From Thermoprotei archaeon (GTDB taxonomy: Archaea > Thermoproteota > Thermoprotei > Thermoproteales > B15-G16), in assembly GCA_003649205.1 (NCBI GenBank), contig QMRC01000002.1:259482-323481 (forward strand): a stretch of DNA of 64,000 nucleotides, read 5' to 3'. Shown piece after piece: positions 1-7,548 of this stretch. Position numbers and translations under genes: made by a program. Position 1 is the first letter of the stretch. Every line of letters starts with the position of its first letter. The notes beneath the pieces are model-generated. The model ran no database searches and was not told the origin of the DNA. It saw only the letters and a program-made list of their open reading frames with translations.

Positions 1-37
1 AGAGCACGTAGAGCAGCTCAAGATCCCACAAGACTTT

Positions 38-964
38 GTGAATAAGCAGCTCAGGATATTGAATGCACTCAAGTCCATGGGAGCAAACCTAATACTAAGT
101 TGTACACCCTACGAAATAATCGACCTACCTCCAGGAACACATGTAGCTTGGGGAGAATCAAATGCAGTAATCTACGCTAACTCCATACTTGGACTACGAA
201 CAAATAGAGAAGGTGGACCCCTCACAGTTCTAGCAGCTATCCTAGGTAAGGTACCTAAGTACGGTCTACACCTAGATGAGGTAAGAAAACCAACACACCT
301 AGTAGAGGTTAAGTACTCACAACCACTTAATCACCTAGTAGCTAGTGCACTAGGTTACATCATTGGTGAACTCGTCGTTACCGGAGTTCCACTAATTAGG
401 GGGAATATCATTAAGTACTTCTCGGAGTCCCCACATGGACATGAACTAGTTAAGCTCTTTCTAGCATCACTAGCAACATCATCGCAAGTAAATCGCTGCA
501 TCATACCTAACCTATCACGTGACTACGGTGGTGAAGTACCGAGTAAAGTCATTGAGGTAGAGGAAAAAGACATTAGAAAGGCAATTGATGAACTTAGCTC
601 TGGCGCTACACCAGACGCCATAGCTATTGGGTGCCCACACTGTTCGCTAAAGGAAGTAATGCTCACCTACAAAATACTTGAACGTGAAGGTATTAGGGCT
701 AGGAAGCTATTTCTCCTCTTCACCTCTAGGAGAGTTAAAGAAGAGCTTAGGAGACTAGGCGTCTTAAGCAAATTGAGTGAACGTGGAGTACTGGTGTGTG
801 CTGATACCTGTATAGTCGTCTCACCCATAGTACGTACTCTAGGTATTAAGGTTGTTATGACAAATTCAGGTAAAGCAGCTCACTACCTTAGGAGAATGCA
901 TGGTATTGATGTGGTGTTAGGTGACTTGTATGACTGCATTAAGGAGGTGCGTAACGGTGCATAG
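38..964 (+). CDS. Aconitase X catalytic subunit (phosphomevalonate dehydratase large subunit-like); 5' end probably lies before the window
   Basis: CTPY, WGESNA, ARTNRE-like LRTNRE, GCPH and DTC motifs; shorter than full-length family members. Confidence 0.85.
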   Translation: MNKQLRILNALKSMGANLILSCTPYEIIDLPPGTHVAWGESNAVIYANSILGLRTNREGGPLTVLAAILGKVPKYGLHLDEVRKPTHLVEVKYSQPLNHLVASALGYIIGELVVTGVPLIRGNIIKYFSESPHGHELVKLFLASLATSSQVNRCIIPNLSRDYGGEVPSKVIEVEEKDIRKAIDELSSGATPDAIAIGCPHCSLKEVMLTYKILEREGIRARKLFLLFTSRRVKEELRRLGVLSKLSERGVLVCADTCIVVSPIVRTLGIKVVMTNSGKAAHYLRRMHGIDVVLGDLYDCIKEVRNGA

Positions 965-1379
965 TTCATTACTTAGGTTTAGAGTTAGGTTCATTGTAGG
1001 TAGGAGACGAATATGTGCACCGCTCCTTATAGAGAGATGCCCCATATCGCCACTAGGTGATATAGACCCTAAGACAGGTGTTTTGAAGAATCCAAAGTGT
1101 AGAAACTATGGGAAATCAATTAGTGGTAAGGTATTTGCTTACCCAGTGTCATGTGGCTCTACTGTAGGTAGCTACGTACTCTACCAGCTTAGTAAGGTGG
1201 GTAGAGGACCTCAAGCAATTGTCGTTAAGCAAGTTGACCCAGTACTCCTAGTAGGCTGTATCTTAGGTGGTATTGAGTTAGTTGAGTGTAGTCATGAGGA
1301 CTTCTGGTACATGGCTAGGGATGGTTACGTAGTTGAGCTAAATCCAGAAGAACATACACTGACTCTAATTCCTCAGTAG
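957..1379 (+). CDS. Aconitase X swivel subunit (DUF126, PMDh small subunit-like)
   Basis: ISPLGDIDPKTG and GSTVGSYV motifs; overlaps the large subunit gene; GTG 957 is a likelier start than 921. Confidence 0.85.
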   Translation: MHSSLLRFRVRFIVGRRRICAPLLIERCPISPLGDIDPKTGVLKNPKCRNYGKSISGKVFAYPVSCGSTVGSYVLYQLSKVGRGPQAIVVKQVDPVLLVGCILGGIELVECSHEDFWYMARDGYVVELNPEEHTLTLIPQ

Positions 1380-1461
1380 CTGAATAAGCATCGTACTCTA
1401 GACGAGCTTACTCGAACTAACATTTAAATGAGATGGCAATGGTTACAACACAGGTGTCACT

Positions 1462-2109
1462 ATGGTCAAAGTTAGGTGGCATGGTCATGCATGTTTTGAG
1501 ATCTCAACACCAGAAGTAACCGTAGTTATTGATCCACATGACGGGATCTCACTAGGTATCAAGAAACCAGAGGTAAAGGCAGACATCGTACTGATTAGTC
1601 ACGACCACTTCGACCACAATAAGGATGCTGTAGTAGCTAAACCTGGAGCAGAGATACTGAAGATGTTTCGTGGTGAGAAAGAGGTAAGAGGTGTGAGGAT
1701 TAAGGGAATTGAGACTGCTCACGACGATGTAGGTGGTAGAGAGAGAGGAAAGAACATAGTTTACGTAATTACCGTAGGTGAAGTAACGTTCTGTCACCTA
1801 GGTGATCTAGGACACATACTGACAGAAGACCAGGTTAGAGAGATCGGAGCAATTGACGTACTGATGATACCAGTCGGTGGAACGTACACAATAGGACCGG
1901 AGGAAGCTAAGTCCATAGTCAAGCAACTAAATCCCAAGGTAGTAATACCAATGCATTACAAGATACCAGGACTACAGCTACCACTACTCCCAGTATCGCA
2001 CTTCCTAAAGTACTTCGAGAAAGTCAAGAAAATAGACAGCAACGAAATAGAAATAACGAGAGAAACGCTACCAGCAGAAACAACAATCTACGTACTATCA
2101 CCACCGTAG
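1462..2109 (+). CDS. MBL-fold metallo-hydrolase
   Basis: WHGHACF, SHDHFDH, HLGD and PMHY motifs. Confidence 0.9.
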   Translation: MVKVRWHGHACFEISTPEVTVVIDPHDGISLGIKKPEVKADIVLISHDHFDHNKDAVVAKPGAEILKMFRGEKEVRGVRIKGIETAHDDVGGRERGKNIVYVITVGEVTFCHLGDLGHILTEDQVREIGAIDVLMIPVGGTYTIGPEEAKSIVKQLNPKVVIPMHYKIPGLQLPLLPVSHFLKYFEKVKKIDSNEIEITRETLPAETTIYVLSPP

Positions 2110-2180
2110 CTAAATCACCTAGGAAAATCGAAGCTCAAACCACCACTACACTTTTATACCTATACCAAACTCGAAGCCCT

Positions 2181-2666
2181 GTGACACAGGTAAAAATAGA
2201 GAAAGCAAGAGGTTCCCTACTAAGAGAAGTGATTAAGCAGTGGAAGTACTACCTAAGAGATCAGGGACCAAGCAAACTAGATAACTACATCCTAGACATC
2301 GAGAGTGAGGAGATACTACACAACACAGTAACAGCACTAGTAGAGAGCGGAGATACTGAAGTACTTGTAGCTAAAGAAGGAAGCAAAGTAGTGGGATTCA
2401 CAGTAGTAACCGTGAACACATTCCAGAACCTCTACCAAACAAAGAAGCTCATAGGAGAGATATCTGCAATCTACGTACATAGGGAATACAGAGGTAAGGG
2501 AGTAGGATCTAAATTACTTGAAGAGGCAATGAAGTACCTACAAAGCAGGGGAGTTGAGATAGTACTTGCAGAGGTAAGAGCAGATAACGAAGCATCGATG
2601 AAGTTATTTACCAAGTATGGGTTTACTGTAGATCACACAGTTCACGTACTCTTGAAGGAGCTATAG
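2181..2666 (+). CDS. GNAT family N-acetyltransferase
   Basis: VHREYRGKGVG acetyl-CoA motif; N-x-A-S...YGF. Confidence 0.85.
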   Translation: MTQVKIEKARGSLLREVIKQWKYYLRDQGPSKLDNYILDIESEEILHNTVTALVESGDTEVLVAKEGSKVVGFTVVTVNTFQNLYQTKKLIGEISAIYVHREYRGKGVGSKLLEEAMKYLQSRGVEIVLAEVRADNEASMKLFTKYGFTVDHTVHVLLKEL

Positions 2667-2695
2667 TTAAAAACCGAGAAGTAGCTCTAGAGGAT

Positions 2696-2753
2696 TGACC
2701 GGGGGCTCCCCTGACACGTGAGTGATCACGTGGGATGAGGGGGAGTGCGGTCT
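2696..2753 (+). ncRNA. K-turn hairpin small RNA (atypical H/ACA-like candidate)
   Basis: GACCG..GCTCCC-CTGA-CACGTGA loop TCACGTG-GGAT-GAGG-GGGAGT..CGGTC; TTAAAAA box at 2667; no ANA tail. Confidence 0.5.
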
Positions 2754-2755
2754 CC

Positions 2756-3535
2756 TCACCTCTCTTCCATGCTCAGCAAGTACTCACGTAATCTAGCTAC
2801 ATCACCTCTATACAGCTTGAAGAGTTGATCAGGGTAGTTTAGAATCACGTAGTTAGTATACCTCATCCTAGCTAACACCTTCAGTACCTTGTGGTGATTA
2901 ATCGATACCTTGATACCAGTTTCAACACTAGCCTCCACACCCTCCCTTAGCTTATCACCTAAGTGAATTATGTCTATGTAACCAATGTTCTCTATGAGGG
3001 TCCTCAAATCATCGATACTACATCGTGAATCTCTACCAAGCTCAAAGCATATGGTGAAGAGAGCAGGTACCGTGACTCTACCGATAACTCGACTTACAAT
3101 ATCCCTAACGGAGCATTGACTTGGTCTACAGAGCCAAGAGAGCTTGACACCATATGCAGCTGCTAGCTTGAGTATGGTCCCTAGGTAGGTGTTGATGGTG
3201 TTACTAGGTGTGTCAGACTTCACTAATGTACGTGATGGCTTCATAACTACGTGACTACACCCGATCTCTGAAGCAATCATCATCAACCTCTCAATGGTTG
3301 TGCCTAGGTTCCTGCTAGAGATCTTGGGTGTAGGTACCTTGATTATCTCGATCTTATCCATGAACACCTCCATGGGTTCAGTAATGTCGTAGATTAGTGC
3401 ATCAAGAAGCAACCTCTTCTCCCTAGTTAAGTCCACCTCAACAACATCTACTTGCTCAACTACCTTCTCAACTTCACGAGGTGCTTTCTTGAGTAAGCTG
3501 TAAGGTATTGCAACACCTAGCTTCAAGAGGGACAC
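2756..3535 (-). CDS. Xylose isomerase-like TIM-barrel protein, divergent
   Basis: Family-like layout (IGCSHVV, IIHLGD, MRYTNYVILNY); metal ligands look degenerate. Confidence 0.5.
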   Translation of the reverse strand: MSLLKLGVAIPYSLLKKAPREVEKVVEQVDVVEVDLTREKRLLLDALIYDITEPMEVFMDKIEIIKVPTPKISSRNLGTTIERLMMIASEIGCSHVVMKPSRTLVKSDTPSNTINTYLGTILKLAAAYGVKLSWLCRPSQCSVRDIVSRVIGRVTVPALFTICFELGRDSRCSIDDLRTLIENIGYIDIIHLGDKLREGVEASVETGIKVSINHHKVLKVLARMRYTNYVILNYPDQLFKLYRGDVARLREYLLSMEER

Positions 3536-3537
3536 CT

Positions 3538-3612
3538 ACATGTGGCCACTGGCTCCGCCGCCTCCTCATTCAGCCCCGAGAGAGGGGATGTCGGAGACGG
3601 CTCAGGTCTACC
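3538..3612 (-). ncRNA. H/ACA-like K-turn guide RNA A
   Basis: GCCGTCT-CCGA-CATCCCC loop GGGGCTG-AAT-GAGG-AGGCGGC, then 13-14 nt and ACA; TATA-like box upstream. Confidence 0.65.
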
Positions 3613-3663
3613 TAGGTGAAGCCCCTTGATATACTTAACCTAAGTCTGAGAGGTAGGAGGTGA

Positions 3664-3736
3664 TTATATGCTGAGAAATTGGTGAGGTCGCTTCATCCCA
3701 ACCCAATTGGGGAGTCGGCGACCTAGCCGCCATGAC
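3664..3736 (-). ncRNA. H/ACA pseudouridylation guide RNA B, predicted target 16S U518 (E. coli numbering)
   Basis: GGCGGCT [AGGTCG-CCGA...GAT-GAAG-CGACCT] CACCA, ATA 15 nt after the stem; guides match UGGUG-UC-AGCCGCC. Confidence 0.8.
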
Positions 3737-3784
3737 TAAGTTCGAGTAAGGGGTTCATATACTTACCGTAGGTTGAGTAGAGTA

Positions 3785-3856
3785 GGATATTGCAAGGGGC
3801 CGGGGCTCACCTTCATTGACTCCCAGAAGGGAGCCTCAGGTGAGTGAACCCCACCG
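3785..3856 (-). ncRNA. H/ACA-like K-turn guide RNA C
   Basis: CTCAC-CTGA-GGCTCCC TTCT GGGAGTC-AAT-GAAG-GTGAG, a canonical K-turn; ATA 15 nt after the stem. Confidence 0.7.
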
Positions 3857-3905
3857 AGAATTTCCTCGTGCTCTACTGATCTTAAAACTGTATCTACTTC
3901 TCTAG

Positions 3906-3971
3906 CTATGGCTCATGGGAGGTGCGTGTCATCACCTACCTCAGGTACCGTGAGGTTCTTCATCGCCATAA
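3906..3971 (-). ncRNA. Box C/D sRNA
   Basis: ATGAAGA-acctcacggtac-CTGA-GTGATGA-cacgcacctccc-ATGA with terminal stem TATGGC/GCCATA; first guide complements conserved 23S GUACCGUGAGG. Confidence 0.85.
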
Positions 3972-4008
3972 CTCACAGTGATGCTGGGGTAAATTATTGT
4001 TTCTCAGA

Positions 4009-4059
4009 TCAGAAGAGGCTAGCCTACATCACTTCCTCAGCCCGTATAAGATTCATCAC
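4009..4059 (-). ncRNA. Box C/D sRNA
   Basis: GTGATGA-atcttatacggg-CTGA-GTGATGT-aggctagcctctt-CTGA. Confidence 0.8.
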
Positions 4060-4110
4060 CTCACTCACCTAGGTGTATCAATAGTCTTAAACATAGCGTC
4101 ACTACAGCAT

Positions 4111-4167
4111 TCAGCAGGGGTGCGTTATCTTCATAGGGAATCCGTTAACTCCCGGCGGTCTCATCAC
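4111..4167 (-). ncRNA. Box C/D sRNA
   Basis: GTGATGA-guide-CGGA(degenerate D')-ATGAAGA-taacgcacccctg-CTGA. Confidence 0.7.
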
Positions 4168-4223
4168 TATTAATACGGTTCATACTAGACAGCCTAAATA
4201 CCTGAGCCTAAGTCACTACACAG

Positions 4224-4769
4224 GTGATTAACTTGGTCACCGTATGTGTAGCATCTAGAAATCCAGTGAAAATAAGGGGTACTGAGAGAGCGTTCAGGAA
4301 GATACTTGGTGTAGATGTGGAGGTGATACCTATTGAGGTAAGTACCTCAGTAAGACAACCAATCTCGATAGATCAAGTCATTAAGTGTGCAATTGAGAGA
4401 GCAGAGAGGGCACGTGAAGCACATACATGCGACTTTGCTGTTGGAGTTGAGGCAGGTATATGGATTGTGGAGGTACGAGGGTATGGACAGATACCTATTA
4501 ACACACACGTAGCTGCAGTATTGACTAAGGATGATACGCTATCACTAGGTATAGGGCCTTCATTCCCCATACCCGAGGACATGTACAGTATGATAACTAC
4601 TCACCATAAGGAATTGAGTAAAGTTGTTGAGGAGGTACTCGGTGTACGTGACATAGGAAGAGACATAGGGCTAGTAGGTATCCTTTCAGGAGGTAAAGTG
4701 AAGAGAGAAGACTTAGTCTACTACGCTGTGGCCATGGCATTGCTAGGTATCACGAGTAGGTACTACTGA
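4224..4769 (+). CDS. yjjX: Non-canonical purine NTP phosphatase (DUF84)
   Basis: ASRNPVK, QP, VGVEAG and GLVGILSGGKVKR motifs. Confidence 0.85.
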   Translation: MINLVTVCVASRNPVKIRGTERAFRKILGVDVEVIPIEVSTSVRQPISIDQVIKCAIERAERAREAHTCDFAVGVEAGIWIVEVRGYGQIPINTHVAAVLTKDDTLSLGIGPSFPIPEDMYSMITTHHKELSKVVEEVLGVRDIGRDIGLVGILSGGKVKREDLVYYAVAMALLGITSRYY

Positions 4770-4848
4770 CGTCATAATGAACATATGATGTAATTCTTAA
4801 ATAATTTGTCGCACTACACAACCCAAGCTTTGCAGAGGTACAGCATAC

Positions 4849-5133
4849 ATGGAGGTCCACTCACTAATTAATACAATTGCTATGGTTGTGATACCAATTT
4901 ACGCAGTAGCGGCACTTCTCTTTGTGATAAGGGTCTTGAAGGGACCCACTATACCGGATATGGTACTTGCAATCAGCTGTCTCTCCTACGACCTATGTGT
5001 GCTTATGTGCTTCCTAGCAATTTACATAGGCTCATCTCTTCTTGTATTGGGTGCTCTATGTCTAGCTCTTTGGGCATACATACTCGACATATCTGTAGCC
5101 AAGTACTTGGAGGGTAGGGAATTGGGTGAGTAA
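4849..5133 (+). CDS. mnhF: Mrp/Mnh antiporter subunit F (MbhB-like)
   Basis: KGPTIPD motif, 3 TM helices. Confidence 0.85.
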   Translation: MEVHSLINTIAMVVIPIYAVAALLFVIRVLKGPTIPDMVLAISCLSYDLCVLMCFLAIYIGSSLLVLGALCLALWAYILDISVAKYLEGRELGE

Positions 5134-5135
5134 TC

Positions 5136-5534
5136 ATGTTAGTGCAGGACCCGTACTCAGTACTTAAGCTGGCGGCTCTAATCATAGGTGGTGTGCTCAC
5201 GGTAGTTGGTGCTTTATGCGATCTAATTGGTGCAATTGGTCTACTCAGATTTCCAAACTACTTCGTTAGACTACACGCAGCAACAGTAGCGACCATAGGT
5301 GGGGCTGTGTATCCACTCTTTGGAGTAGCCATTATGAGTCTAGCTTGTGACTTCCTAGGAGTAGCTAGGTGGTTCATATCCGCAATATCTTTCCTCACAG
5401 CAATAATAATAACACTAACAGCACCAACAGGATCACACGCAGTAGCTAGAGCAGCACACAAAGCTGGGGTGCCTGTACATCCGAAAGCATGTGATTTACT
5501 TGAAGAAGATAGGAAGAGAGGTGTTGTGAAGTGA
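5136..5534 (+). CDS. mnhG: Mrp/Mnh subunit G (MbhC-like)
   Basis: GLLRFPNYFVRLHAAT and TAPTGSHAVARA motifs. Confidence 0.9.
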   Translation: MLVQDPYSVLKLAALIIGGVLTVVGALCDLIGAIGLLRFPNYFVRLHAATVATIGGAVYPLFGVAIMSLACDFLGVARWFISAISFLTAIIITLTAPTGSHAVARAAHKAGVPVHPKACDLLEEDRKRGVVK

Positions 5535-5800
5535 GCTACGTAATCGTGCTTGAGGTACTACTAGCGATAGCATTTACAGTAGCTGTCATCTGTACGTACA
5601 TGGTTGTGAAAGAGAGGGACTTAGTGAAGGCAGTAGTTCTCTCTGCACTACAGTCAATCATGTACACACTAGCGTACTACCTACTTATGGCACCTGACAT
5701 AGTGCTCGCTTACGTAGCTGTTGGTGTAGGGATTTACTCAGTAGTTTTACTCTTTGCAATTAGTAAGACTGAGAGATTTGAGGAGGTTGAGGCTAGATGA
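5531..5800 (+). CDS. DUF4040 subunit (MbhD-like)
   Basis: LMAPDIVL motif, 3 TM helices, operon context. Confidence 0.8.
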   Translation: MSYVIVLEVLLAIAFTVAVICTYMVVKERDLVKAVVLSALQSIMYTLAYYLLMAPDIVLAYVAVGVGIYSVVLLFAISKTERFEEVEAR

Positions 5801-6630
5801 GGGGTACCGAGCTAATTGTCGTGATGTGTACCGTGATACTGATAGTGGCCGTAACTACAGCTGTAATCATGGGCATTACAGCGTACACACCAGGACCTGA
5901 AGTTAGACCACTAGCGAAGTTCTACCTAGAGAACTGTCTAAATCTCTGGAATAGAGCGTACTGGGCAGCTAGTCCAGAAGCTGTGTGCTCAATGTTATGG
6001 GACTACAGAGGTATTGATACGCTATACGAAACAACGGTCTTCTTCTTAGCGATAATTGGCGGAGTTACAGTCTTTAGATTAATTGAGGTTACACCACCAC
6101 TTGAGTCACTTAGTGAGAAAATTAGGAGGGTGCTTGGTCTATCGGTGATAGTGAGGACAATATCCAAGATCGTAGCCTCGATCATATTGATAGTGGCAGT
6201 TGCAATTGCAGCACATGGACACTTAACACCAGGTGGTGGTTTTCAAGCTGGAGCAGCAATATCCGTAGCTCCGCTCATGATTATAATAGCGCTATCGAGG
6301 TACTTCCTCGAAGAAAGAAAGCTAACAAAGGAGAGAATGTTAGCTTTGAGAACAGTAGGTCTACTGACTATCTGGTGCACAGTCATCATACCACTAATCT
6401 TCGCCCTAGTAGGACAAGTAGTCTATGCAATGCAGAACCAAGCAAAACCGTGGACAACATTTCCAGGCTTCCCCACTGGACAGCTAAGTACCTGGATAGC
6501 TGGATCGCTCTTCATATACAACATGGCTGAGTTCGTAGCTGTCGGAGCGGGATTTACACTCCTATTCCTACTATTGTCCCTACCTGAAGAAGTCTTTAGA
6601 GAGTTCATGAGGAGGTTGACTAGGAAATGA
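5797..6630 (+). CDS. mnhB: Mrp/Mnh subunit B (fused MbhE/F-like)
   Basis: DYRGIDTLYE and HGHLTPGGGFQAG motifs. Confidence 0.9.
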   Translation: MRGTELIVVMCTVILIVAVTTAVIMGITAYTPGPEVRPLAKFYLENCLNLWNRAYWAASPEAVCSMLWDYRGIDTLYETTVFFLAIIGGVTVFRLIEVTPPLESLSEKIRRVLGLSVIVRTISKIVASIILIVAVAIAAHGHLTPGGGFQAGAAISVAPLMIIIALSRYFLEERKLTKERMLALRTVGLLTIWCTVIIPLIFALVGQVVYAMQNQAKPWTTFPGFPTGQLSTWIAGSLFIYNMAEFVAVGAGFTLLFLLLSLPEEVFREFMRRLTRK

Positions 6631-7019
6631 GTATGCTAGAGTTCACACTACTAATGTACTGCTACGCAGCATTGATAGCAGTACTAGCAATATCACTCTA
6701 CGGATTAGTACGTAGACCAAACATACTCAAGAAGATAATTTGCCTCTCAATATTTGGTGATACAGCAAATACACTCATAATATTCCTGGGGTTTAGAACA
6801 AGAAATCCAATACCACCTATAGTACCAACACTTACACCAACTAAATCTCTTATGATGGAATTCACAAGAAGAGCAGTTGATCCTGTACCACAATGCTTAG
6901 TTTTAACAGCCATTGTGATCAATATGGCAGTACTTATGTTCCTCATATTCCTAGCAATCCAGATCTACCGACACTACGGTACTCTAGATGTGAGGAAAGT
7001 AGCTAGGTTGAGGGGTTAG
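6627..7019 (+). CDS. mnhC: Mrp/Mnh subunit C (MbhG-like)
   Basis: DPVPQCLVLTAIVI motif. Confidence 0.9.
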   Translation: MSMLEFTLLMYCYAALIAVLAISLYGLVRRPNILKKIICLSIFGDTANTLIIFLGFRTRNPIPPIVPTLTPTKSLMMEFTRRAVDPVPQCLVLTAIVINMAVLMFLIFLAIQIYRHYGTLDVRKVARLRG

Positions 7020-7021
7020 GT

Positions 7022-7546
7022 ATGGGCTCTACAACTCTTAGCAAGTTAGGTAAGATCATTGTGCTGACAGCCTTCTTCTTCCTAATATACGTCATAGCAT
7101 CAGCCTCAATTACGTTACTAGATGTAGTTGTTGGTTTAGCAGCTTCATCAGTAGTAGCTGTCTTAGTCGCTGAGATACTGGTTAAGTCCCCACCTAGCAA
7201 GCTCATAGATTTGAGGAGGTGGGGGTGGTACATTCTGTATGCACTACATTACTTCACAGTAATTGAGTGGAGAGCACACATAGATGTAATTAGGAGGATA
7301 CTTCATCCAAAGATGCCAATTAACCCAGGTATTGTCCGTGTACCATACCACGTAGTGACTGACTATGCTACAGTACTAATAGCTAACTCCATAACCAATA
7401 CACCGGGCACGGTAGTTGTTGAAGTTGATGAGAGTAGGAAGTACTACTATGTTCACTGGATAGATGTGATCTCTACAAAGGAGGAGATTTGCTACGAGAA
7501 GATCTCCAAGACATTTGAGAAGTACGCTAAGAGGATCTTCGACTAG
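7022..7546 (+). CDS. mnhE: Mrp/Mnh subunit E (MbhA-like)
   Basis: INPGIV and ANSITNTPGT motifs. Confidence 0.9.
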   Translation: MGSTTLSKLGKIIVLTAFFFLIYVIASASITLLDVVVGLAASSVVAVLVAEILVKSPPSKLIDLRRWGWYILYALHYFTVIEWRAHIDVIRRILHPKMPINPGIVRVPYHVVTDYATVLIANSITNTPGTVVVEVDESRKYYYVHWIDVISTKEEICYEKISKTFEKYAKRIFD

Positions 7547-7548
7547 AG

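Noticed and set aside
3536-4223. tRNA genes, CRISPR or TIGR-type array in the GC-rich gap
   Set aside because: No cloverleaf, no identical repeats and no adjacent Nop-domain gene; the units fit individual C/D and H/ACA-like sRNAs
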